64,000 nt of DNA. It comes from Ostrea edulis (taxonomy: Eukaryota). The stretch covers positions 60,574,001-60,638,000 of the forward strand of contig NC_079171.1 of the NCBI RefSeq assembly GCF_947568905.1. Direction: 5' to 3'. Below are positions 23,231-36,412 of the stretch, in pieces (position 1 is the first letter of the stretch; every line of letters begins with the position of its first letter). The notes below the pieces were generated by a model. The model worked only from the letters and a program-made list of their open reading frames with translations, did not search any database and was not told where the DNA came from. A program made the translations under genes and the position numbers.

Positions 23231-24781
23231 TATATGATATTGAACTTTGGGTTAGTGGGTTCTGAAATTGTAGCGTTTGGCATCAGAAATCAGCTGTTAA
23301 GGTTTGTGTGTTTGTTTTTTGTAGCTTCTATTTGTGAAGTACAAATTGCTTTCAGTATGATATACTGACATTTCAGAAGTTTAGAGAAAATATATGTGTG
23401 CATTTTAATGAATAGGACAGGTCTTATATTTTGTTATGTAATTCCTCTGCTTTTGTTGTTTCATATTATGGACATTTCGGGTAAAAACAGTAACACCCCC
23501 CCCCCCCTCCAAGAAAAAATAAATAAGTAAATAGATGTATTAATTTCAAACAGATTTTGATAATACTTCAGTGTTGCAAGAGGTTTTAAGGATTTGTTGA
23601 GGGAAAAAAATTCTTCTTTTTTTTTTTTTGGTTCAATATTTGTTACATTTTGATCACCCTTTGTGTTAATTTGTTGTAATAATTTATCTGCTTGTACATG
23701 TGACATGTCTACATTGCAAAAGTTTATTTGGTTTTTGATAAGTTTATATTATCTGGTTAATATGTTTATATTACTAATGTTTATTTGGTTAATAAGTTTA
23801 TATTTACCTGGTTAATATGTTTATATTGAATGCTGAGTCTGTGATACATGTAATACACCTAGTTCACCGTTTAAAGATTATTTTTTTTATTCACCAACCA
23901 CTGGCTGCCAAGCATTTTGATTTACAATGATATATTGTTAGTAACAAATTCTGAATTTTCTCTGTATTTTTGGAGGAAGTTGTGGTAAATTAAATCTTTT
24001 TTTTTAAAAAAAGAAGCAGTTTTTGGCTGGGGAAATGATGATAGAGGCTTAATATTCATGTAACAGAGGGGAGCTAATACACTGTAGCTTACGTCACGGG
24101 CCCCTCCTCCAAATGAAAATATGGAATCTCTTTTCATAAAATTTTTAAAATTCAACTTTCCCAAATTTGAATCTCTCCTCTAATAGAATTTTCATTAAAT
24201 TCCGAAAATGTTTTTGTTGACTTTAGAAATGTTTAACTCTTGAATTCCCAATGTTTTGAGTCACCTACTTCACAGACAGACAGACAGACTTCGGCCCGTA
24301 GTAGGAGGTAGAAGTAGTACTGTGAAGACTTGAACCCCAGGGAGAGGTGCTGAGTGTGGGAGAGTACTTTCTATCAGTACGCTGTGCTGTAGGTACTGTC
24401 TGCACTGTCGCTCTCGCGTGGCTCTGATTTATTGGGTACTTGTATTAGATATAAAAGTCTGATTTATTGATACGAACCTCTGATTTATTGATACGAAACT
24501 CTGTAATATGTTTGGTAAATGTATTGATGTGAAACTCTATTGGGTAAATGACTCTGTGAGAACTGTTGGTATTTTACAGCCTTGGTATGTGTACTGATAT
24601 AAAACTCTGTGAGAACTGTTGGTATTTTACAGCCTTGGTATGGGTACTGATTTAAAACTCTGTGAGAACTGTTGGTATTTTACAGCCTGGTACATGTACT
24701 GATATAAAACTCTGTGTTGGTATTTTACAGCCTTGCCATCTATAACTGTTAATCTCTGTGATACATGCTTGTGTTATATTA

Positions 24782-24787
24782 AATAAA
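24782..24787 (+). promoter_or_regulatory. Candidate polyadenylation signal (AATAAA) for the FAM186-like gene
   Basis: AATAAA about 2 kb after the stop; other hexamers exist closer, so the assignment is uncertain. Confidence 0.25.
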
Positions 24788-25199
24788 GGCTAACGTTGAT
24801 GTATAGTTATACGAATTTCCATCTTATTTCTGTTTAAATGGCCACAGTCCGGGACACACTGTGGTTTTGGTGGTAAGAATATGGTAAATTTTATTTAGAC
24901 CTGTTGCAACACGCAGGACCTACTTGTAGGCCATTGTTTCCAGTGACGACGTGTTTTTCAAAAGAACTTGCGAATAAGACTAAAAAATTTTACATGTACA
25001 TACATGTAGTTTTAAAAGCTGGTCTACTGAATTATTTTTGAGATTATACTTGCACTATATATATAGAATTATGGAACTAAATTCTCCTTATTCACATTAA
25101 GTCACAATTTATCAACGTAAAGATTAAAATAAATTGCTAGTCAGAGAAGATTTTGGATTTGGTCACAAGTTCTTTTGAACACGTGGCTCTAGGAATGCA

Positions 25200-26030
25200 T
25201 TATTTACACCAAGTTCCATGTGCGATGTGGTACCACTCAAAACTGCATTGTTTACACCCAGGACAATGTCTGATGTGGTACCACTCAAAACTATTATATA
25301 CACGATGTCCGATGTGGTTCTACTCAAAACTGTATCGTATAAACCCAGGACAATGTCCACGTGGTAACACTAAAACTGCATTGTTTACACCTAGAACAAC
25401 TTTTGGGACTGCATTATTTACACTTACGGGAATTCTGAGCCACATTTAAACCTAACTTTATGTTCCATGTGAGAACACCAGGGACCGGGATATTTACAGC
25501 TAGGGCATGTCTGGGCTATTCAGACTTAGGTAAATGTTCCATGTGGTAAGACTTTGGACCCAATCTTATTAAAATTAAACCTTTGATCGATCGCTAAGTA
25601 CGGTGTAGCAATCTATATGAGCGGATCAAATGATCTGATTTTGTAGCGATCTACGTTAGCGGATCAAAGTATTTGATTTATATCAGATGTACTCGGGACC
25701 GGGTTAATTATACCTAGTCAATATTCCATTATAACACGCAGAAACTGATTATTTGCAGCTAGGGCGATGTGACACCCAGGACCGGATTATTTACAACTAG
25801 GGCTATGTTCCATGTAACACTCGGGTCTGGATTATTTAGACCTAGGTCAACGCCCCATGTGATAACGGGTTATTTATAAATCATGCAATGCTGGGCATGT
25901 GATAACACTCGGGACCGGGCTATTTATAGACCTAGGTCAATGTTCCACGTGGTTACACACGGAACCGGGCTATTTATAGACACAGGTCAATGTTCCACAT
26001 GGTTGCACTCGGGACCGCATTATTACAGCT
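25200..26030. repeat. Degenerate ~45-bp tandem repeats
   Basis: Recurrent tgttccatgtggtaacactcgggaccggg(c/t)tatttata-like units. Confidence 0.7.
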
Positions 26031-26603
26031 CCCAATTCTTTTTGCAATTTTGATTGATTATGTTTCGCTTCGTTGTACATGTAAGTGATCGCACTCTTTG
26101 TCGCTGCATTCTCCTTTAAATAATCATCTACATCATCGACGCATAATTGTTAACCCTCGTCAAACTGATGGCAGCCTAAACACCATATGAAGTTCAACAC
26201 CGTGTAGGAAGTTCTTGTCGGTATAAAACCACATGAATGAGAACATTTGCAGCTTACATAATTCTTACTGTTGACTTTTGTTTACAAGCACGACACTGTA
26301 CAAACAGATTCTGAAAGTAGGTTAATGCATCATGCATGGTATGTTTATTGACCTATAGTGAATTATTGACCTATAGTGAATTATTGACCTATAGTGAATT
26401 ATTGACCTATAGTGAATTATACACGTACTGAGATACTACAAATGACTGATGGTCAATGATGGAACAGATCTATGGAGTGAATGAAATATCCGATTCTTCA
26501 ATAGATCGTCTTTTATAGGCGTTTCGTTTCAGTATATGTACTCAGTGAAGTGTGTAGATTTGTATATGCATGATCGCTACAGACCGAGACAACTGCGTCC
26601 ACT

Positions 26604-26813
26604 TTGCGAGATGTCCTGTTTATTGACGGGGAGCAATACCTTGCACCCGATGGATCCGCCCACGGACATGGCCCTGCTCCATCCGAGAGAAGCAAACAGG
26701 GAAACGCAACGTTAAATCGGTCGAATCAACAAGTTGACCGGAACGCGCCTGGGCGTGACCGACAACCGCAAAAGAGACAGCGTCAGCACTCCACCCCCGA
26801 CCGTGTGCACTAG
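26604..26813 (+). pseudogene. C-terminal remnant of LINE ORF1
   Basis: RDVLFIDGEQY resembles the 'RDKLYIDG' end of marine-invertebrate LINE ORF1s, followed by a disordered Q/R/P tail directly before ORF2. Confidence 0.55.
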
Positions 26814-29800
26814 GGACTCGCAGGAGAACAGACGTCAGAGAACCCGAATAATAAACTCTCTTTCTTGTCTTTAAATGTCTGCGGAGTTAATAGAAGACTA
26901 CAATATAATGAATTTGTTGAGTTTTTATCTTCATTTGATGTTATATGTTTGACAGAAACTAAAACTGATGATACGGATGTTCTTCAGATACCTGGTTTTT
27001 CAGTTTTTCTTAAGAATAGATGTAGACTATCAAAAGTTAGATCCGGTGGCATTGCTTTGCTGATTAGAGATTCACTTGTGAAGTTTGTCACAGTAATTAA
27101 CACAAATTGTAAATATGTATCCTGGTTTAAAATGAACAAATCACTGTTTAATATTGATGAAGATATTTATTTCGGTGCTGTATACATCCCTCCTGAAGGA
27201 AGTAAATACTCATCTCCTGATTGTTATGTTGAGATTGAACACGAATTAATCAATATAAGTAGAGAGTGTAAATATGTATGTATGATGGGAGATTTCAACT
27301 CGAGAATTGGACAATTAAATGATTTTGTTGAAGTGGATGATTTTTTAACAAATGTCATACAATGTAATTCTGTTGAAATTGAAAATATTGATATTTTATC
27401 ATTTTTTGACAATATCAATATCCCCGCAGTCAGAACAGCGCAGGATACCTCAACTAATAATTTTGGTTATAAATTGATAGATTTTTGTGTGAATAATAAT
27501 CTATATATTGTAAACAGTCGTGTGGGTAATGATAAAGGTGTTGGAGCTTTTACCTGTAAAAACAGAAGCACTGTGGATTATGTGTTATCAAACAGAGAAT
27601 TGTTCAATATTTTAATGAAGTTTCATATTTTAGATTTCTGTGCTTTATTTTCAGATGTTCATAATCCTATTTCTTTTTGTATCTCTACAGTTCAGAATTT
27701 TACCACTTGTAAAAAAAAATGAACATCAAAGTACAGGTGAAAATCAGCCACGTGTGAAATTGTGGTGCGCGGACAAAGCAGACGATTTTCGTAATGGTAT
27801 TGACGTCCATGCCGTAAATAATATTGAAAGTTACTTGAAGGAATTATCCACTAGGTCTAGTATTTGTAAAGCAGACATTACCAAGGTAGCAAATGATATT
27901 TGTAATGTGTATATGAACACAGCCAGTGAAGTATTTGGAGTTACAAAAAATGTACAAAAAATGAAAAATAAACCCTGGTTCAATAGAGAATGTAGAGCTG
28001 CAAGAAGAAAATTTCATTTAGCGAAACGACTTCATAATAGGCACACGACAGCAGAAAACAAAGACAATCTTAAAACAATGAGTAAAAACTACAAACGTAT
28101 AATGGATAGTTGTATAAAAAAGTATAAGTTTGAAATAGCACGTAAACTGTCTGAACTGCGCTCTACAAACTCTAAAGAATATTGGAAGATCTTAAATTCA
28201 TCAAATAAAAAGAAATGCGCCGTCGATATTAACGAAATGTTCCAGTTTATGAGGAATCTTAATTTAGGTGATTCTAATGACGATTTAACGGGGAATTTTG
28301 ATAATTTTGATTTTGTTCCAAACGATGGAGATACCTCTGATGAGTTCCTTAACACTGTTATTACTGACGACGAAATAGAAAAGGCTGCTAGAAAACTTAA
28401 GCACGATAAAGCACCTGGTTATGATAATGTATTAAATGAACATATCTCATCAACTTTGTCAATGTTTTTACCTGTGTATAAGAAACTTTTTAATATGATT
28501 TTTGACAGTATCAAGGGAACATGTTTTACTTATATCAGAAATATGTATATGGGAATTAAATCAATGATTAAGATAAATGGCATGTCAACTGACTTTTTCA
28601 CATGTAATGTTGGGGTAAGACAGGGCGAAAATTTATCCCCATTTCTGTTTGCTTTGTATATTAACGATCTTGAATATTTTTTACAAGAGAAAGGCATTAT
28701 TGGCCTACAAAGTGTTACTAATTCAATTGAAGAAGAACTTATGTTGTACTTGAAACTTTTAATTCTGCTATATGCAGATGATACAGTTATAATGGCTGAA
28801 TCTGCTGATGATTTACAATGTGCGTTGAATGAATTTTTTATATACTGTACTCAGTGGAAATTGAATGTTAATGTCGATAAAACAAAAATTTTGATATTCT
28901 CAAAGGGTCCATTGATGAAAAGGCAATTTTACTATAATGGGGGTGTTATAGAGAATGTAAAAGAATTCAAATATCTCGGTATTATATTTTCTAGATCAGG
29001 GTCTTTTTGTAGAGCTAAGAAACATTTATGTGAACAAGCCCAGAAAGCTATGTATGGAATTATAAAGAAAATTAGATTGTTTGATTTACCAATTAGTTGT
29101 CAATTTGACCTGTTTGACAAAGTAGTTTTACCAGTTTTAATTTATGGATGTGAAATATGGGGGTATGAAAATTTACAAGTTGTAGAGCGCATTCACTTAA
29201 AATTTCTGAAACACATTTTTCAGCTGAAAAGCTCTACGCCCTCATTTATGGTATATGGCGAAACAGGTCGTTTCCCAATCTATATTAATGTGTATAGCAG
29301 AATGATTTCATACTGGGCTACATTATTGCAAGATTGTGACTTTAAAATTGTTAATGTACTTTATAAATTTTTGCATACACAATATCTTAACGGTACTGTT
29401 AAGAACCCCTGGTTTGAATGTATTCATCGAATTTTAAACATGTGTGGTCTTTCAAATATATGGAATCAACAAAAGAACATAAATGGAAAATGGATAACAA
29501 ATACTGTCAAACAAAGACTTAAGGATCAATTCATTCAAACATGGTCGAGCGATATGTCCAATTCATCTAAAGGTAAAATATACAGAACTTTTAAAATAGA
29601 CTTTGGACCAGAAAAATATTTAGAAAAATTGTCAAAAAAATTCAGAACTATTTTTCTTAAATTTCGCACCACAAATCACCGCCTCCTTATAGAGACTGGT
29701 AGATGGATTGGTATTCCATATAATGAAAGATTTTGTGTTTTGTGTAACGAATCGAAAATTGCAGACGAATTCCATTATATATTAGAATGCAATGCTTTGT

Positions 29801-29964
29801 CAAATATTAGAAAAGAATACCTACACAGTAGGTATTACACAAGACCTAATGTTATTAAATTTCATGAAATTATGTCAACCAGTAAGGTTAAAACACTTAA
29901 AAAACTCTGTATGTTTATCTCAAAAATCTATGAGTTAGTCTGTCCTCCTTTATATATTTGGTAA
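26814..29964 (+). pseudogene. LINE ORF2 (EN-RT) with a +1 frameshift at A9 27711-27719 and an internal RT deletion near 28509
   Basis: ORFs 26865-27722 and 27640-29964 overlap at the A-run; N-terminal RT motifs are missing between FDS and IKG. Confidence 0.9.
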
Positions 29965-30701
29965 ATACTTTTTCAATACATGTATATTGTATATTTGTAC
30001 ATATTCTGACCTTATTCTTACTCAAATGTATGTTTACTTAATGCACCTCATGTACCATGTATAATGTGGTTTGAGTGAATAAAATGAACTTGAACTTGAA
30101 CCTGACACCCACGTGACGGGGGACCCTCGCGGTGTTTCACGCCTCAATACAAACCCACCCTAGCTCATCTGGATCCGCCACTGCCAGACAAATAATGAAT
30201 CTATTCATTTCCCTATTGTTTTGGGGGATTCCCCCCTTTTTTTTCGCTATTTGAAAAAAAAATTCTTGGTTTTTTGTTTGTTTTTTGCTATTTTATTTCG
30301 GACTATCAAACCGTTGTATGATATTACGCAAATCTGGTCAAAGACTAGAAAATTATCAGAAGAGACTCAAAGACTGAAGTCATTCCAGAACAAGACATGA
30401 CGAATTGTTTAGAGGTGCCGAGAACTCTGTCCCGATAAGATAACCTAGAGAACTCCACAATAGGACATCAGGTAAGTACAAAGGTGTAGTTAATTATGTA
30501 GAACAACAAGTAATTACAGGGAGTTAATTAATTATATAGAACAACAGGTAAGTACAGGGATTAATTATATAGAACAACAGGTAATTACAGGAAATTAATT
30601 AATTGTAGAGAACAACTGGTAAGTACAGGAAATGTATATAGATTTGTTGCATGGTATCCTGGTTTCTTCCTGAAAAGAAAACTATACCAATAGTCTCTCT
30701 G

Positions 30702-30862
30702 NNNNNNNNNNNNNNNNNNNNNNNNNNNNNNNNNNNNNNNNNNNNNNNNNNNNNNNNNNNNNNNNNNNNNNNNNNNNNNNNNNNNNNNNNNNNNNNNNNN
30801 NNNNNNNNNNNNNNNNNNNNNNNNNNNNNNNNNNNNNNNNNNNNNNNNNNNNNNNNNNNNNN
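30702..30862. other. Assembly gap (N run) within a (CT)n microsatellite
   Basis: N bases flanked by ctctct. Confidence 1.
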
Positions 30863-31466
30863 CCTCTCTCTCACCTTCATATTGTAATTGTCCCTATATC
30901 CCTATACATCTTTGATCATTTGTAATTGCATACAAATATGTACATGACCATACAAGTGACAGATTTGTAAAGTGAGGTTTCAAGGGGCAGGGCACATATC
31001 CCACGAAGTGTTCCATGGAAGCACACTGGCGGAGGGCAGATGGGCGACCCCCCCCCCCCTTCCAATGTTCTGAACAACCAGAAAAAGAAATGGTAACAGG
31101 GTGATGATTAATACATGTAGTACTCTATAAAGTCAACTCTACACCCCCATCCTTTAATATTATCTATGTCTCATTCTCTTGCTGGGTATAAGGATTTTAT
31201 TTTGGAGGGGGGGGGGGTCCTGCTTCTATTGACACAGAACATAGTACTCTCGCTATATAGTACTCTACCGCCCATATAGTCCAACCATTTAAAAACATAC
31301 GAATTAAACAAAAGTAAGCACAACAAAGAGAGAAATGTTGTCAGTGCTTCTGTCTCGTTCTAATCAAAAAGAAATCGTGTTCAGCAGAAACCGTTATCTA
31401 TAAAAACAAAAACTTTGAAATGTTCAATTGTTAATTCACGACGTACGACCGCAGACCAATAGCAAT

Positions 31467-31493
31467 AGGTCTCCTGAACGACTCAGGTGACCT
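31467..31493. mobile_element. 3' stem-loop of a Helentron-associated (HINE/CvA-type) non-autonomous element
   Basis: aggtctcctga-acgac-tcaggtgacct hairpin; family assignment from recall. Confidence 0.45.
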
Positions 31494-31528
31494 AACAAAT
31501 ACTCTATATCTATTTCAGAGAGACTGGG

Positions 31529-34500
31529 ATGAAAACTGGGAAAATGACACAAGCTTCGCACTGTTTTAAGGTAAGTACATAACCAGAAGTGAATCACCGT
31601 TTTATTTTTTCATTGTACATGTGCATTTCATTAAGAATATACTTTTGAATTTTTTTTATTGCAACGTTATCTTTTATGGATATGAGATAATAAAATGCAA
31701 AATTCTTTGTAGTGTCTTCACACAATTCCAAAATTATTTTGATATGTAAACGGTGTAGTGATATCATACATCCATTGCGACGTTAAAGTTTTATGGCACA
31801 AAATTAAGATCTTATAGTACTTTGAGATACTATAGTATTTTGAGATACTATAGTATTTTGAGATATTATAGTATTTTGAGATATCGTAGTATTTTGAGGT
31901 TAGAATTGTGGCCTTTCGTACATCATTCTGCATAATCAATGCATCACAATATTTTTAGAATTTAGAAATGTCTAAATATAGAAAATTTGAGCAAATCAGC
32001 ATACATGTAATTAAGACAAAGCATCATGAAAAATTGAAGCAAATCGACCTCACAATACGTTTTATCTTGATATGAAAATTAGTTTTTCAATGAAATATTT
32101 AGTGAAAAAATAAAAAAAAGGCGACTCATTTATGAAATATTTAGTGAAGAAATTAAAAAAGGTGACTCATTTATGAAATATTTAGTGAAGAAATTAAAAA
32201 AGGTGACTCATTTATGAAATATTTAGTGAAGAAATTAAAAAAGGTGACTCATTTATGAAATATTTAGTGAAGAAATTAAAAAAGGTGACTCATTTATGAA
32301 ATATTTAGCGAAGAAATTAAAAAAGGTGACTCATTTATGAAATATTTAGTGAAGAAATTAAAAAAGGTGACTCATTTATGAGTGCATGCTGTATTATGTA
32401 TGTCGACTTTGGAACTCGGCTCCATATTGTTGTTTTGTTACATTGTTGCTTAAACATAATTAAATTGTTGCTTAATGTTGCATTGCTGCTTAAAAAACAG
32501 TTACATTGTTGCTTAAACACACTTACATCGTTGCACATTGTTGCTTGCCCAACTGTTTATCTTTTTATTCCTTGTGGATTGTTAGGCCGTTCTTGGCGCA
32601 CTGATTTTGACTACGGATAACCCCGTTTACCTGATCAAATTATTGGGCTTAGGGCGGGTGTGACCGGCCGACAGAGGATGCTTACTCCTCCTAGACACCT
32701 GATCCCACCCTTGGTGTGTCCAGTGGTCCGTGTTTGCCCAGCTCTATTGTGTATTACTTATAGGGGTTATGAGATTGATCACCGTTTGTTATCTTCACTT
32801 TTCACACAATTACACGTTGCTTAAAACAGTTACGTTGTTGCTTAAATACATTTACAGTTCAGGTTTTCCATGTTTTAGTTTTATATGTATGTAATAAGGC
32901 TGAAAATTAACCCCGCCCCTTTTCACCGCTTCTTTCAACATCCTATAATAGCGCTGCACAAACGATGCGCGCGCGCGCGCGCGCGCGCGTGTGTGTGTGA
33001 ATAAAACCATGCATCGTAAGAACTTACAAGTAGTAACAATCAATCATACTGATATAAGTGTTTCATTCATCCAGTTTTGCTTCATTGACTGACCTAGACA
33101 ATCAATATAAGTGACCGTTACTTATCTAAGGACTGTATAGTGTAATTAAGAGTCCCGCAAATTTTACCTTTCTTTCTAGATACTTTTGCAATAGAAGTAT
33201 ATTTTTGAACTACAGAAGTTAAATTTGAATTCTTCGTAACCGTATGAGCTTTAAAACACTATGTCTATATACATGTATATTTATACCTTTTCACTCATCA
33301 CAATTCTTCTAAATGTGCTATAACTTTTTAATTTTTTGTTTATCTTATTTTCAGATTTTTGTGTTGGTGCTCTGCGCCTGCGTAGGCCTATCAAATGGAT
33401 TCCTTCTGGCCGGGGACGCCTGCTCGTTTAACCAGAAATGCACGTGCACATACAATCATATAGACTGTAGTTATCGCTATCTGACGTCAGTCATGAATTT
33501 CACGTCCTACAATCAGCAAGCCTATTACATAGGTCTTAATCACAACTTCATTACAAGCGTCCCGGCGAACGCGTTTTCCTCCCTATTCTCTGCGTCATCT
33601 AGACGCATCCTACTTAGGTTGGATTATAATAGAATTAAGACCGTAGATGTGGATGCATTCAAGGGCATGCCGGATAACGCTACAGTGGACGTCTATTTGA
33701 ACGATAACAACCTACAAACCATTCCCTCCGCCCTGGAGAAAATAACGGGGTTATCGTCCCTGTATATTCAAAACAATCCGTTGACAACTATTGATGTTTT
33801 GTCACGTATTGGTCCAGTTTTAAGGTTATTGAGTATAAGTCTCAATAATTTTCAATCCTGGCCACTGCAGCTTCAGAATCTGACGAGCGTGATTCATTTG
33901 ACATTGGACAAAATTCCTTTCAGGAACCTCAGCACTGAGGCTTTTAAAAGCGTTGATACTCTAACATCGCTAACTATTACAAACTCGGAACTAGAACATG
34001 TTCCAGAAGCTATATGTGCGCTCAAAGACATGCAATTATTCTATTTCAATAAGAACAAAAAGTTGAATCACAACAATAAAGTTTTGGTGCCGTGTCCAGG
34101 ATATGCTTTGAATTACGTTTCGTTTGTTGATATGAGTGAAAACGATCTAACTGTTTTCCCAAACGTATTCGACACGTTTCCCTCTGTCAAACGGCTTCAG
34201 TTGACGGGTAATAAAATCCATTACATCCAGCCCGATGTTGCTCCGCACAACCCTCTGGTCGAGAGAATGTACATTAACGATAATGGTATGAAGCGTATTC
34301 CTGGACGACTTGGACAGTTTTCTGCTCTAAAGCGTCTGTATCTATCAAACAATGACATATCCACTATGGAGGACTGTGATCTCGCGGGATTGAGGTTCCT
34401 GGAAGAGTTGGATTTGAACGGCAACCCATTGGAGTACATTTCCCCCTCCGCGTTAAAGGACGCCCATCTCCTTAACCGGGTAGAACTCGGTCACACCAAC

Positions 34501-34692
34501 CTTCACCAAATCCCGGACGCACTTTCAGCTCTCGCGAAACTCTCGTATTTGAACGTAACCGGAAGTCCAATCAACTGCGACTGTTCCATGAAATTTCTTG
34601 GATCTATTCGGCCAATAGATGTACAGGGCACCTGTTCTTCCTCACAGACAATCAATGAGTTTGTCGCCAGCTCTCTAGGGTCTTGTCCATAA
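31529..34692 (+). CDS. Secreted leucine-rich-repeat-only protein, 459 aa (signal peptide, LRRNT, ~13 LRRs, LRRCT; no TM or TIR)
   Basis: Exon 31529-31570 (MKTGKMTQASHCFK|gtaagt) spliced in phase 0 to 33355-34692 (IFVLVLCACVGLSNG...). LxxLxLxxNxL repeats; caps CSFNQKCTC...IDC and NPLEY/SPINCDC...C...C*. Confidence 0.9.
32091..32380. repeat. 41-bp tandem repeat x~7
   Basis: tgaaatatttagtgaagaaattaaaaaaggtgactcattta units. Confidence 0.95.
32578..32805 (+). mobile_element. Solo 3' end (pseudo-LTR-like) of the Penelope-like family
   Basis: Near-colinear with 55246-55466. Confidence 0.8.
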
Positions 34693-35571
34693 CTCACCTA
34701 ATTAAATATCAAACCGAAGCCAGAATTCCACGAGTTTCCCGCATCTTAAACTCACTCTTAATGTAAACAAATTATCTGAATGTTATTGTATATATGTGCA
34801 CACAAAATTAAAGCAAGTGAGAGAATTCTGTGTTCTGCCTTTTTTACTGATACTAATTACGGGTCCTTCACATTGATACTGGTATGTTCTTAACAACGAC
34901 TCACCATGATCTTGTGTATCTAAAAGATATTTTTTTCATCTAAAACTTTATTTCCATGAAAAATGTTGACCCCCTCATTAGAAACTTGAATCCACACAAC
35001 ATGGAGATGCCAAAATACCAACATGGTTAGCATGACCTTGTTGTTCTGGAGAAGATCGCAAGGTCAAATAGTATGGCATAAAATATAAAAGGTCTTGCTA
35101 TTAAAAAAAATTTGTATACAAATTATGAATGCTCTATCTTAAACAGTTCAGGAGATAATGAATAGGTTAGGTTTTAAAAAAAAAATATAGATCAAACACT
35201 AAGGTATACGCTTAGATATATGTGTTGTCACTCAACATTCAAAAGTTATGGTTAAAGTTTGGACAAACAAACACGACAAAAAGACTATAGTCGTGGGGGG
35301 ACATTTGCTATGATTTAGTGTGGTTCTGCTACTAAAAGGACTTTGATTTAAGTAACTGAACTACCTGGGAATGCTTGTATATTGAAATGACTAACAGACA
35401 ACGGACAAACAGACAGTCCACGGACAGTAAACAGACAACAGTCAAGAGAATTTTATCCTACACTGTATATATCCTCATGTAAAAACTTTTATCCCCTATT
35501 GTGGTCCCACCCTACTTCAGGGAGCCACAATTTGAACAACCATGAATCTACACCACCTGGGAATGCTTGCT

Positions 35572-36112
35572 CCGTCACGATAACACACAACACGCCGTCG
35601 CACTAACACGGGAATTGCAATTACGGAGGGCGCCACTTTATGAGACTGGGGGGGCCGCCTTGAGACCTCCAGTGGGTCCAGGGCGAAGTCCTGGGAGGTG
35701 CACAGGGGGTGAAGCCTCTGTGGTTTTACCGATTTCATAGGGCTTGAAATATGTCTCCTATTTAGTCATTTGTACTAATTTCTATCATTTTTAATAAGGT
35801 GAAATTGATAAAATGACGCAAATTTTAAGGGTTTTTGGGAATCAAAAGATCTTATTTATTTCTCTGGGAGTAGAAGAATTTATTGCTTCTTTTATCGTCT
35901 AGTACATTTTTCTAAACAAGATGCCACGATTTACCTTAAATTTGAAAAATTGTGTTGTCACACTAGCACACAACATGGTCGCGCGTATGCGCTAACACGC
36001 CGTCGCGCTATCACACAAGATTCCGTCGCGCTTTTACAAAGTAAATACTTGTCTGCTAGCATCATAGCGATGACGTGACCGCGCAACAGCGTGTTGTGTG
36101 TTAGCGTGATGG
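35572..36112. mobile_element. MITE with 24-bp TIRs, carrying an internal unrelated repeat
   Basis: ccgtcacgataacacacaacacgc vs revcomp of 36089-36112, 22/24 identical. Confidence 0.6.
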
Positions 36113-36174
36113 CGTGTTGTAGGTTAGCTCGTTATAAGAAACGCGCTTTTGCACAAGGCCCTATTGGGAACAAC

Positions 36175-36412
36175 ATAGACTGCTTCTTCACCAAAACGCT
36201 CGGCATTTAGAAATGAGAATCACGGGTCATTCGTATATGGTCTTAAAAACGGAGGTCCCGTGTCGCGACAGGCGCTGGCACGCTAAAGAACACTCACTGC
36301 TACGACCCTGAGCGCTAAGTATAGGTCTAAAGTTGTGATACTTCACGTACAGCTGGTGACATCTCAAAAGGAGTGAAAAATTATCGACGGGACGTAAACA
36401 AACCAAACAAAC
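36175..36412 (+). mobile_element. SINE body and tail, (caaa)n end
   Basis: aaacgctcggcatttagaa...cggaggtcccgtgtcgcgacaggcgctggcacgctaaagaacactcactgct... Confidence 0.75.

Larger units (their letters stand above)
26590..30101 (+). mobile_element. 5'-truncated non-LTR retrotransposon (APE endonuclease + RT + C-terminal Cys/His motif; RTE-X-like), disrupted
   Basis: EN motifs SLNVCG, CLTETK, YIPP, MGDFNSR, STVDY, SDVH; RT motifs GVRQGENLSP, LYADD, FKYLG; C-terminal CVLCN...DEFHYILEC; AATAAA 30078 then (TTGAAC)n tail. Clade assignment is from motif recall. Confidence 0.9.
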
